Part shown: one piece after another, positions 45,812-53,775 of the stretch
How the letters are laid out: every line of letters starts with the position of its first letter
Position numbering within the stretch: the first letter of the stretch is position 1
Source: Bacteroidota bacterium
Lineage (GTDB): Bacteria; Bacteroidota; Bacteroidia; Sphingobacteriales; Sphingobacteriaceae
Length of the DNA stretch: 64,000 nt
Assembly (NCBI GenBank): GCA_040384965.1
Contig: JAZKIH010000075.1
Span: forward strand, 65,709-129,708
Direction of reading: 5' to 3'
Position numbers and translations under genes: made by a program
The notes under the pieces: model-generated
What the model was told of the DNA's origin: nothing
What the model saw: only the letters and a program-made list of their open reading frames with translations
Databases searched by the model: none

Positions 45812-48013
45812 TTATTCTATCACCGTCGCATGTTCAACTTTTTCCGGGGCTTTTTCGCGTGATATAACTTTATTTAATATCCATCCAATAAATTGCCCGT
45901 TAATACTCGTTAAATAATTGATATGCTGTTTTTTTAATGCATCTAATTCCTGATTTGCTTCAAAAACGCCAATCGTTTTACTGGAGTATAGAATCCACTC
46001 CTTTGCTTTGTTTAGAGATGACAAAGCAGGTGTTTCTATTAGAATGACGTCAAACTTTGTTTTCAGGTATTCTAATCTCATTTTAATTGTGTCTTCGTCA
46101 ACAACTTCGAGAAGAGATTTATCGCCGCCTTGATTTCCCATTACAAGAATGCCCGAATTGAAATCCGAATTCTCTAGATGACCGTTATGAAGGAAATCTT
46201 CGATAAAGACTTTAGTGTTCGAGTTGCGTGTTATGGAGGGATTGTCAAAATTCCCGTCGATGAGCAGCACTTTTTTACTAACCATAACATAGGTGTACGC
46301 AATACAAGCAGCCACTAATGTCTTGCCTTCACCTTCATTTAGACTTGTAATGCTTAATACCTGGCCCTTGTTCGAGTTGAGAGTCATTTCTCTGTCCACT
46401 TCGAATCTGGCAGAACGCAGTTGTTTTTTAAACTCCTGCATTTCTCGGGTACCATGTAAATTTTTCCAAATCCCTTTAAGATCAAGAGTCGATTTTCCAA
46501 CCAGATTCAAATATCCAAGGACAGGCCGACTTGTAGCAACAGCCAGTGCCATTGGATCTGTGATGCGGTTGTCGAAGAAAAAGATCATGAAAAATACCAT
46601 CACACAAAAGGCACCACTGACAATTCCGCTTAAGATGACCAATAACATCTTTTTCGATGGATTCGGTGCTCCTGGCATTGCTAATTGTACTTGTCGCAAT
46701 TTAACGGGAAACTCAGATTCCATACTAATCTGATTATACTGAGCAAGAAGATCCTGGTACTCTTTACTTACTACATCAATATCTCTTTCCATCGATGTAA
46801 TTACAGCTTCATGAGGAACCAGTTCATTAAATTTACTGCCAATTTCGCCAATCCTCTTTTTAATGGATGCAAGACTATTTGCCGCCAGGTCGTACTGTAC
46901 CTGAAGTCCCAGCTTTTGCTGGATAAGAGTTTCTTTAGTGTTTAGTGGATTGGTAATATACTTATCGTTTATATTGCCGATCTGGGTTGTAAGAAGCTGC
47001 TGCAACGAATCAATTGAGCGGGTATATTGTTCATCATAATCGCTTTTAATTTGTTTATCAAGCAATGTTTGTAATTCCTGCCTTGTAACAAGTACTTGCT
47101 GATTTACACCCGTCATTGCTGCCTCAGCATATCGTCTGTCAAGCGGATCAAATTTCTTATCAATATTATCAATAGTCCCCTTAAGTGAGGCCATCGATTT
47201 TTCTATTTCCTGCTGCTGAGCCCGGTAGGTACTAATATCACTCAACACCTGCATAGACTGATTGGAGAGATCCAGTATTCGATTGTTGATTTTGTAGTTC
47301 CCCAGCCGATGAACCCTATCGGTGAGAGTGTCTGATTTTATTTTAATCAATTTCTCAAGAAATTCTACAGATGCACGCTGGTTTTCCTTGAACAGGTTTG
47401 TATAATCGTTTATAAACTCTCTGGCTATGGCATTCACAACAAACGCTGAGACTTCAGCATTTGTTGATTCGTAGTCAAGATGGATAAAGTCACTCGCCCC
47501 CAAGCGAAATGCACTCATTCCGTATAGTATAGAACCACTGTCATAACCCATCCAGCCCAAAACTATTGCCAATCCTGCCTGGTCAGGATCTCTCAGATTT
47601 AAAGCCTCTCTTTTTTTATACTTTTCGGTATAAACTTCTATTGCATGCTTAATGGCGGCATCATTTAGACCATTTTTGTATAGTATAGAAATATCCTTGA
47701 AAGGTTTATCGGATGTGAGGTCGTGTAATATTAATTGATATGAAACCTGATCAATCAGACTTTTAGATTTCATAGTTTCAATAAGATTCACGAACTTCTG
47801 ATTTACTCGTGATTCCTGTAAAACACTGGCGTCGGAGAATGCCATTTGTTGTGTTTCGTCAACAATACCGGTGGCGATTTGAGTTGGTGATGAATATGTA
47901 TCCGGAAGATTTCTTACAATGTAAAAAGTTATCATGACCGTGATAAGCGGTATAACAACCAAAATTATTCTATAACGCCAAAGTAATCGGGTGAATTTCT
48001 TTACTTCTTCCAT
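45812..48013 (-). CDS. Polysaccharide co-polymerase (Wzz/GumC-like) fused to a BY-kinase-like P-loop domain
   Basis: 733 aa. It has an N-terminal TM helix, a long coiled periplasmic region and a second TM helix. The cytoplasmic P-loop domain has Walker A NEGEGKT, an A'-like VLLIDGNFDNP and a B-like DVILIETPA. Confidence 0.85.
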   Translation of the reverse strand: MEEVKKFTRLLWRYRIILVVIPLITVMITFYIVRNLPDTYSSPTQIATGIVDETQQMAFSDASVLQESRVNQKFVNLIETMKSKSLIDQVSYQLILHDLTSDKPFKDISILYKNGLNDAAIKHAIEVYTEKYKKREALNLRDPDQAGLAIVLGWMGYDSGSILYGMSAFRLGASDFIHLDYESTNAEVSAFVVNAIAREFINDYTNLFKENQRASVEFLEKLIKIKSDTLTDRVHRLGNYKINNRILDLSNQSMQVLSDISTYRAQQQEIEKSMASLKGTIDNIDKKFDPLDRRYAEAAMTGVNQQVLVTRQELQTLLDKQIKSDYDEQYTRSIDSLQQLLTTQIGNINDKYITNPLNTKETLIQQKLGLQVQYDLAANSLASIKKRIGEIGSKFNELVPHEAVITSMERDIDVVSKEYQDLLAQYNQISMESEFPVKLRQVQLAMPGAPNPSKKMLLVILSGIVSGAFCVMVFFMIFFFDNRITDPMALAVATSRPVLGYLNLVGKSTLDLKGIWKNLHGTREMQEFKKQLRSARFEVDREMTLNSNKGQVLSITSLNEGEGKTLVAACIAYTYVMVSKKVLLIDGNFDNPSITRNSNTKVFIEDFLHNGHLENSDFNSGILVMGNQGGDKSLLEVVDEDTIKMRLEYLKTKFDVILIETPALSSLNKAKEWILYSSKTIGVFEANQELDALKKQHINYLTSINGQFIGWILNKVISREKAPEKVEHATVIE

Positions 48014-48015
48014 TG

Positions 48016-48699
48016 CTATTGAACCTCTTCAATTTTCTTAGTCAGCAATTCTTCTAGAGATGCTTTAGCAGTCAAAAAGTTTGATTCCGCGCCGATCTTT
48101 CCCTGCATTGAATTATTGAGGACCATCTGCGCTTGTAAGAAATCTGTAAAGGTTACTTCCCCTTTTGAGTATTTATTGCCAATATCTTTATTTAAACTTT
48201 GTGCATCAGCATAAGCTTTACTTTGCAATCTAAGTGATATAAGGTGTTGGATGTAAGTAAAATACCTTGACTTAACTTGCGTCTCCAAAGTCAGATTATA
48301 TTCATCCTTATCATAGTTTACAAGCTTTAATTGTTCTTTAGCTTGTTTAACTGCGCCTGATTTTTGAAAAAGGGAATTAACGCTGAATTGAACAGCTACC
48401 TGATATCCATTGAAAAATGAAGGATTGACAATATTAAGGGTGTTGTTAGGTTGATAGATATATGAAAACGAAAGTCCATCAAGCCACGCACTTTTTTGCG
48501 ATGTGATAACGCTTTTTGCAATTGCCTCCCTGCTTTTGAAAGTGTTAAGGCGGGGGTAATTTTCTTTTGCAGTAGCAATGAGCTTTTCAAGAAAAATGTA
48601 CGAAACTTCTGTCATCATCGACTCCTGAACCTGAGCTTTAGCATTTTGAGTAAAAAAAGCCAGGCTTAGCAGAAATATTGAAGTGTACTTTGTTAACAT
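48016..48699 (-). CDS. Secreted protein with a single TolC/OEP-like repeat (half-size TolC-like)
   Basis: 227 aa with a signal peptide (..QNAKAQ). The order of helix, strand, strand and long helices parallels one repeat of the bona fide TolC at 53776..55089. Examples are AKENYPRLNTFKSREAIAK vs NEQSPDLQLALINKRIAEL, and GYQVAVQFSVNSLFQKSG vs GMTASINIFNGFLQKRN. Confidence 0.55.
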   Translation of the reverse strand: MLTKYTSIFLLSLAFFTQNAKAQVQESMMTEVSYIFLEKLIATAKENYPRLNTFKSREAIAKSVITSQKSAWLDGLSFSYIYQPNNTLNIVNPSFFNGYQVAVQFSVNSLFQKSGAVKQAKEQLKLVNYDKDEYNLTLETQVKSRYFTYIQHLISLRLQSKAYADAQSLNKDIGNKYSKGEVTFTDFLQAQMVLNNSMQGKIGAESNFLTAKASLEELLTKKIEEVQ

Positions 48700-48702
48700 A
48701 GT

Positions 48703-49794
48703 TTAAAATTTTTCCTTGTGTAATACGACTGGCAGCGTTTTAATAAGTATTTCTAAGTCGAACCAGAGTGAATAATTTGATGCATAAAAGTTATCAAATT
48801 TTTTTCTTTCCCGCTCGGAAATATCTTTCTTTCCTCTGCTTTTTATTTGCCATAAACCTGTAACTCCTGCTGGCCCCATGAAACGGAGCGACCACTCATT
48901 CGATGTAAGCATTTCTGCTTCGTATAATGGTAATGGTCTGTTTCCTACCAGCGACATATTACCTCTCAGCACATTGAATAATTGTGGTAACTCGTCTATA
49001 CTTGTTTTTCTGATAAATTTCCCCACCCGGGTTACTCTTGGGTCATCTTTCAGCTTTACGAAGGCCGTTTTGGGCCCCGAATTTTCTTCCTTATTATAAC
49101 GGTTTAACATGGCAAATTCCTCTAACTGAGTATCTGCATTCCTTCCCATCGACCGGAATTTGTAAAAATCAAAAATATTATATCCTGTGCCGACCCTTTT
49201 ACTTTTATAAATAACCGGACCTTTTGAGTCAAGTTTAATTAGGATAGCAGTGAGGAGTAATATAGGTGATAATATCAATATTCCGAATGCCGAAAACACA
49301 ATGTCGAAAACTTTTTTCCCCACAGGTAATTTGTACACAACATCCACATTGCCAAGTACAGATAATTGAGGTTTTACAAGCTTGAATTTTACCAGAAAAT
49401 TAAGCCTTTCAAGTAAGTGATCTATGGGAAACGGTAATATATAGTAGTCGTGAACTTTAAGTTGAAGAGCTTTTGATTTCGAATCTTTATTCCGGTCAGT
49501 TGCAATAAGAACAATTATAAGATCTCGCCATAAGGGGCTGCTTTTTATTTTTTTAATATAATCGAAGCACGCGCCCTCAGGATCCGTTTCTATTAGAATA
49601 ACGTCTGGAAGAGTTAATATCGACTGGTCTTTAAGGTATTCCAGAAGCCCGTCGAGCGAATTAAAACTGTAAGTATTGTATCTCGCGGAAAGGTCTTGTA
49701 TAATGTCAGCAGTTTTCGTAGTTCCGAAAGTTGCAGCAATTAGTTGTGAGGTATCGATCTTTCGACTTTCTTCTTTAATTATTTGCGAGCTCAT
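48703..49794 (-). CDS. Polyprenyl-phosphate sugar-1-phosphate transferase (Bac_transf/WbaP-type) with an N-terminal receiver-like domain
   Basis: The track ORF 48703..49938 overlaps the upstream gene. The first plausible ATG (MSSQIIKEE) is at 49794. The C-terminal catalytic block is DPRVTRVGKFIRKTSIDELPQLFNVLRGNMSLVGNRPLP. One TM helix is present. The N-terminal ~130 aa has a CheY-like fold pattern. Confidence 0.85.
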   Translation of the reverse strand: MSSQIIKEESRKIDTSQLIAATFGTTKTADIIQDLSARYNTYSFNSLDGLLEYLKDQSILTLPDVILIETDPEGACFDYIKKIKSSPLWRDLIIVLIATDRNKDSKSKALQLKVHDYYILPFPIDHLLERLNFLVKFKLVKPQLSVLGNVDVVYKLPVGKKVFDIVFSAFGILILSPILLLTAILIKLDSKGPVIYKSKRVGTGYNIFDFYKFRSMGRNADTQLEEFAMLNRYNKEENSGPKTAFVKLKDDPRVTRVGKFIRKTSIDELPQLFNVLRGNMSLVGNRPLPLYEAEMLTSNEWSLRFMGPAGVTGLWQIKSRGKKDISERERKKFDNFYASNYSLWFDLEILIKTLPVVLHKEKF

Positions 49795-50161
49795 ATTGGT
49801 TAAGCGCTGTTCTGATTGATAGCTTGAGTTCGGCGGGATTGAAAGGTTTCTTAAAAAAGCAGTCCGCTCTATATGGCATCTGTTCCACGATTGTTTCGAG
49901 GTTATCTGCCCCGGAAAGCAAAATAACAGGAGTATCACGGTAAAAACCGCTAATTTTTAAATTGCGAATAAAAGATCCACCGTCTATGTAAGGCATTTCC
50001 AGATCTGAAATGATTAACGCGGGATCATTTCCATCTTCAAGCCACGCTATAGCATCAGCACCATTCTGTTTTATGACCAGATCATAGTCTTTTGACAAGA
50101 TGAAATTGAGCAGCTTCAGGATACTTAATTCATCATCAACAACGAGAATTTGTCTTTTCAT
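49775..50161 (-). CDS. Stand-alone response-regulator receiver protein (CheY-like)
   Basis: 128 aa. Canonical residues are present: ILVVDDE (acidic pair), LIISDLEMPYIDG (phospho-acceptor Asp), VILLSGA (Ser/Thr) and FFKKPF (Lys). It is the first gene of the operon. Confidence 0.9.
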   Translation of the reverse strand: MKRQILVVDDELSILKLLNFILSKDYDLVIKQNGADAIAWLEDGNDPALIISDLEMPYIDGGSFIRNLKISGFYRDTPVILLSGADNLETIVEQMPYRADCFFKKPFNPAELKLSIRTALNQYELANN

Positions 50162-50469
50162 AAAATTCGAAAATTAAGGTCCCTATATCAGATGATGAGT
50201 TATTTAAATACTAATCATCTCTGGAAATACAATTAAGTAATAAACCGGAAAATTCATATGCTTAGAGTATAACATCCTCAAAAACATGAATCACATAACC
50301 AAGTTATTACATATCAACAGACAAGTGGAATGCCAGAAATAAAAACGCGGACATCAGATATTGAACGAAGATTTTTAAAGAGTAAAAATCTCACTTCGAG
50401 GAAAATATTCCACAAATGCGGTAAAATATTACCACACATTTAACCCGCAAACATCGATAGATATTTAAT

Positions 50470-50964
50470 CTATTTTGAGAGCATTGGATATCCTTTACTA
50501 ATCCAATTTTGCTTAATGTTTACCGGAATATTTAATAGCTTGCCATTCACAAATCCCATTTCTTTCATCAAAGCGAATGCGGGCCTTATATTAGGGCATT
50601 TGTCAAACGGGCAACAACCGCAATATATTACGATAGCACTGCTTTTTGGTAGTTTACTTAAACGATCCTTTAAAACAACCAAATTATCATTTTTGCTTGC
50701 TGGCCCCAATCGTTGGGAACCTTCAATATCCTCTACGACGCCAATGTTAAAAATTGCTGGTCTTGTTTTTTTCTTATTAGTTAGAATGGCGGCCAGCTCG
50801 GCAGGTTGAATCAGATCCTTGGTTGTCCAAAGATTAGGCTTATCCAGAGATATTGATTCCTTTCCCGGAATTTGCGCTTTCGTAGTTAAAGACAAACTCA
50901 ATGTAAAAAGGAAGAATGCTAATACTGAAAAACGACGTGAGAAACAACTGAGTCTTTTATTCAT
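50470..50964 (-). CDS. Secreted rhodanese-like domain protein
   Basis: 164 aa with a signal peptide. The rhodanese-like active-site region is AIVIYCGCCPFDKCPNIR. Confidence 0.65.
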   Translation of the reverse strand: MNKRLSCFSRRFSVLAFFLFTLSLSLTTKAQIPGKESISLDKPNLWTTKDLIQPAELAAILTNKKKTRPAIFNIGVVEDIEGSQRLGPASKNDNLVVLKDRLSKLPKSSAIVIYCGCCPFDKCPNIRPAFALMKEMGFVNGKLLNIPVNIKQNWISKGYPMLSK

Positions 50965-51103
50965 AAACGATAGTAATTGCGAAATGACGCTGGTATAAGT
51001 TAACGCATTAGGATTAAAAAAATTATTTTTTCTGACTTTTTCAGGAGGATATTGGCGCTTGGTCGAATTGTAAAGAATCTTTCCTTTTAGGTTGGTAAAA
51101 GGT

Positions 51104-51904
51104 TTATAAAAAAAGCAGTTCTTTTATCAGGATGAAGAGTCCTGTAAAAAGAAGAAACCACCCGAAAATGTTTTTTATTCGAGATCCTGGTAATTTTCCC
51201 GAGAGCCAGTTGCCCGCGAACGTTCCGCAAATCCCTAGTGCGGTGATCGATAAAAGAGTAGTCCAGTCAATGGGATGATGAAAGATATCACCAACGAATC
51301 CGACAAGGGAGTTCAATGCAATGATTAACAATGAAGATCCAACAGCAGTTTTGATATCCAGCGAGGCATAGAAAATGAGCGCGGGGATAATTATAAACCC
51401 TCCTCCTGCGCCAAGCAAACCTGACACAATGCCCACGACTACCCCCAACAGCACAAGGCCCTGAGTTTGCGGTAAAACAGGTCTCCTTATTTCCTGTGGC
51501 TTTAGTATACCTACCGCAGCAGCGATCATTAAAATTGAGAATAACACAAGTGTCAACAAACCCTTATGCACAGCAAAACTATTATACTGGAAAATAACCT
51601 CCGGTATTGATGGGATGAGCAACTTTCGGATTAAATACACCGTAATTAGCGACGGCAATCCGAATATGATCGCAACTTTAAAGTTGATCTCGTTCTTTGC
51701 CCATTTTTGCATAGCTCCAACCGCACTGGTTGAACCAACGATGAAAAGAGAATATGCTGTTGCCAGAACCGGCTCAATCTGAAAGAAATATACTAATATG
51801 GGAACTGTCAGCACTGACCCTCCTCCTCCAATCATTCCCAAAGAAATGCCAATAAATAATGACGCGAAATATCCAGCAATTTCCATTACAGCAATTTGGG
51901 TCAA
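51104..51904 (-). CDS. TauE/SafE (TSUP) family anion exporter
   Basis: 266 aa with about 8 TM helices. Duplicated G-rich motifs are GMIGGGGSVLTVPIL and GLLGAGGGFIIIPAL. The track start at 51904 is TTG, and an in-frame ATG (MEIAGY) lies at 51886. Confidence 0.85.
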   Translation of the reverse strand: MTQIAVMEIAGYFASLFIGISLGMIGGGGSVLTVPILVYFFQIEPVLATAYSLFIVGSTSAVGAMQKWAKNEINFKVAIIFGLPSLITVYLIRKLLIPSIPEVIFQYNSFAVHKGLLTLVLFSILMIAAAVGILKPQEIRRPVLPQTQGLVLLGVVVGIVSGLLGAGGGFIIIPALIFYASLDIKTAVGSSLLIIALNSLVGFVGDIFHHPIDWTTLLSITALGICGTFAGNWLSGKLPGSRIKNIFGWFLLFTGLFILIKELLFL

Positions 51905-52155
51905 AGATGAGAAAGAATAATGTGACTAATCAATATTAATCACTCTACATTTTCAAATTATCAATGTAGTAAAATTTATTATGCTGTATTTATTTTCTGA
52001 CATAGGTAAGTTGCTGGTAAACAGTGAGCTGGAAAAATAAAAAAAATAACAGGGATTTTGACGCTGCGATAGCGGTATTTGTATTGAAACGGATTGGGAG
52101 CTGCTTTTTTGGCTTGGTTTTCGAGGATGGGAATATTCACGAAAATCAATTCGCC

Positions 52156-52455
52156 ATGGCAAGAAGTAAAATCACTGCTATTAAAACCTGGATGAAAGGT
52201 ATGGGATTTAAATTAATTAAATCTCATGTCATCAATGGCAGATCAACTAAAATTAACTACTATAGTTTAGGCACTTTCGGCATATATGAAGAAATTTCGA
52301 AAGGCATCAAGGGTGGGAAGAAAATTGCGGGAGATAAACTTCGTTTTATTTCATGGACACCATGGGGAATAGATTTTGAAGTGAATTCCGTAAATGATCT
52401 TAGTAAGGCATATCAGGATTCTATCAGCTATAATCCTGATGTTGTTTTAGGATAA
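52156..52455 (+). CDS. Small hypothetical protein
   Basis: ORF 52024..52455 starts at GTG. The first ATG (MARSKITAIK) is at 52156, giving 99 aa. No family was recognised. It is convergent with the kinase-like gene, with 6 nt between the stop codons. Confidence 0.35.
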   Translation: MARSKITAIKTWMKGMGFKLIKSHVINGRSTKINYYSLGTFGIYEEISKGIKGGKKIAGDKLRFISWTPWGIDFEVNSVNDLSKAYQDSISYNPDVVLG

Positions 52456-52461
52456 TTAACC

Positions 52462-53319
52462 CTAAATACTCTTTACTTCATTGTTAAGGATAAAGTTCGA
52501 GAGTTCTTCTATCGGATGCTTTAGGATTTTCCCTACCCGTACGCCTTTTTCCTCGCAAACTTGTGTGAGAATATCTTTGAAATGAAATGCTATCGATCCA
52601 ACAAAATGACAAACCTGTCTTCTGAAATCAGGGTAAGATTTTATGTTGGTTTCAACGAACTCTTCGAATCCGCTTCTCAATAGCTCCTGAATAAAAGGAT
52701 GCTCGGCCTTGTCACTCATAAATGGCGCGAATGATGCCAAGAATGAGTTTGGAGATGGTTGTTGATAGATGCGTTTAATTACGGACTCTTTGTCAACGTT
52801 AAATTTCTCTCTAAATGACCTAGACAATTCTTCGGGCATCGTGCCGTATAAAAAGGCAGTTAGTAGTTTTCTGCCGAAGAACGTACCGGAACCTTCGTCG
52901 CCCAAAATATAGCCCAGGCCGTGCTTGCTCTCATGAATCCTTGTTCCGTCGAAATAGGAGATATTAGAACCTGTTCCCAAAATGCAGCATATTCCTTCAG
53001 ATGCCCCGCATGTAGCATATATTGAGGCTATAATATCGATATCAACACTTACAAAAGCATTCTTAAAAACCTTTGAAAGTGCGTTTGATATTATTTCTCT
53101 TCTATCCGGACTTGAGCATCCTGCGCCAAAAAAATAGATTTCTTTAACCTGGTCAACATACTCCTGGATTTCTGTAGCATTTTGGAAAACCTGTGTGATG
53201 TCCTTTTCTGAGAGAAAGAAAGGATTAATTCCTTTTGTTCGGAAGTGAACAGTTTGCTTGTCAGGACGAGTTAATATCCAGTCGGCTTTGGTTGAGCCGC
53301 TGTCTGCAACTAATAGCAT
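52462..53319 (-). CDS. BadF/BadG/BcrA/BcrD-type ATPase, N-acetylglucosamine-kinase-like
   Basis: 285 aa. Motifs are LLVADSGSTKADW, FFGAGCSS, CILGTGSNISYFDG and GYILGDEGSG. Confidence 0.8.
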   Translation of the reverse strand: MLLVADSGSTKADWILTRPDKQTVHFRTKGINPFFLSEKDITQVFQNATEIQEYVDQVKEIYFFGAGCSSPDRREIISNALSKVFKNAFVSVDIDIIASIYATCGASEGICCILGTGSNISYFDGTRIHESKHGLGYILGDEGSGTFFGRKLLTAFLYGTMPEELSRSFREKFNVDKESVIKRIYQQPSPNSFLASFAPFMSDKAEHPFIQELLRSGFEEFVETNIKSYPDFRRQVCHFVGSIAFHFKDILTQVCEEKGVRVGKILKHPIEELSNFILNNEVKSI

Positions 53320-53328
53320 AGTAAATTA

Positions 53329-53721
53329 TTATATTTCTTCAAGTATCTGGTTAGTAAGCGGCTTGCCAATGAACCTCGATACAAGGTGGTTTTCATTTAT
53401 CCGTTTAATGTCCTTTGGATCCAGGGATGAAGAGAGGACAAAAATCTTAATCAGGTTTGGTGTTAGAGTAGGGAGTTCAATAAGTGATTTTAGAAATTCG
53501 AAACCATTCATTATCGGCATTCTCAAATCTAGGAATATAACCTCTGGGACATTATTTCCAGTACTTAGAGAATTTCGCACAAATTCGAATGCATCTTCAG
53601 GGGAATCTATAACCGTGATCGTTTCTGCGTAATTGGCGTTATCCAATATTTTGCGATTGATCAGATTATCTATATGATTATCGTCTATAAGAAGAACATT
53701 TTTATACCGGTACGAATTCAT
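53329..53721 (-). CDS. Stand-alone response-regulator receiver protein
   Basis: The track ORF starts at TTG 53760. The first ATG (MNSYRYKNVLLIDD) is at 53721. Motifs are LLIDDN, VIFLDLRMPIMNG, IFVLSSS and IGKPL. Confidence 0.85.
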   Translation of the reverse strand: MNSYRYKNVLLIDDNHIDNLINRKILDNANYAETITVIDSPEDAFEFVRNSLSTGNNVPEVIFLDLRMPIMNGFEFLKSLIELPTLTPNLIKIFVLSSSLDPKDIKRINENHLVSRFIGKPLTNQILEEI

Positions 53722-53775
53722 CCAATCAAAAATACTAAATCTTTGCACTTTAGCAAACAATCGTATTGTGAGAGT

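Noticed and set aside
49795-49938. An N-terminal 48-codon extension of the PHPT ORF (MILLLFCFPGQ...).
   Set aside because: It overlaps the 3' third of the well-supported receiver gene in another frame. The internal ATG at 49794 gives a sensible N-terminus.
51953-52162. A 69-aa minus-strand ORF, and the GTG-extended 5' part of ORF 52024..52455.
   Set aside because: Their sequence is low-complexity and lies in an AT-rich intergenic region between divergent genes. Only the ATG-initiated 99-aa version is kept, at low confidence.
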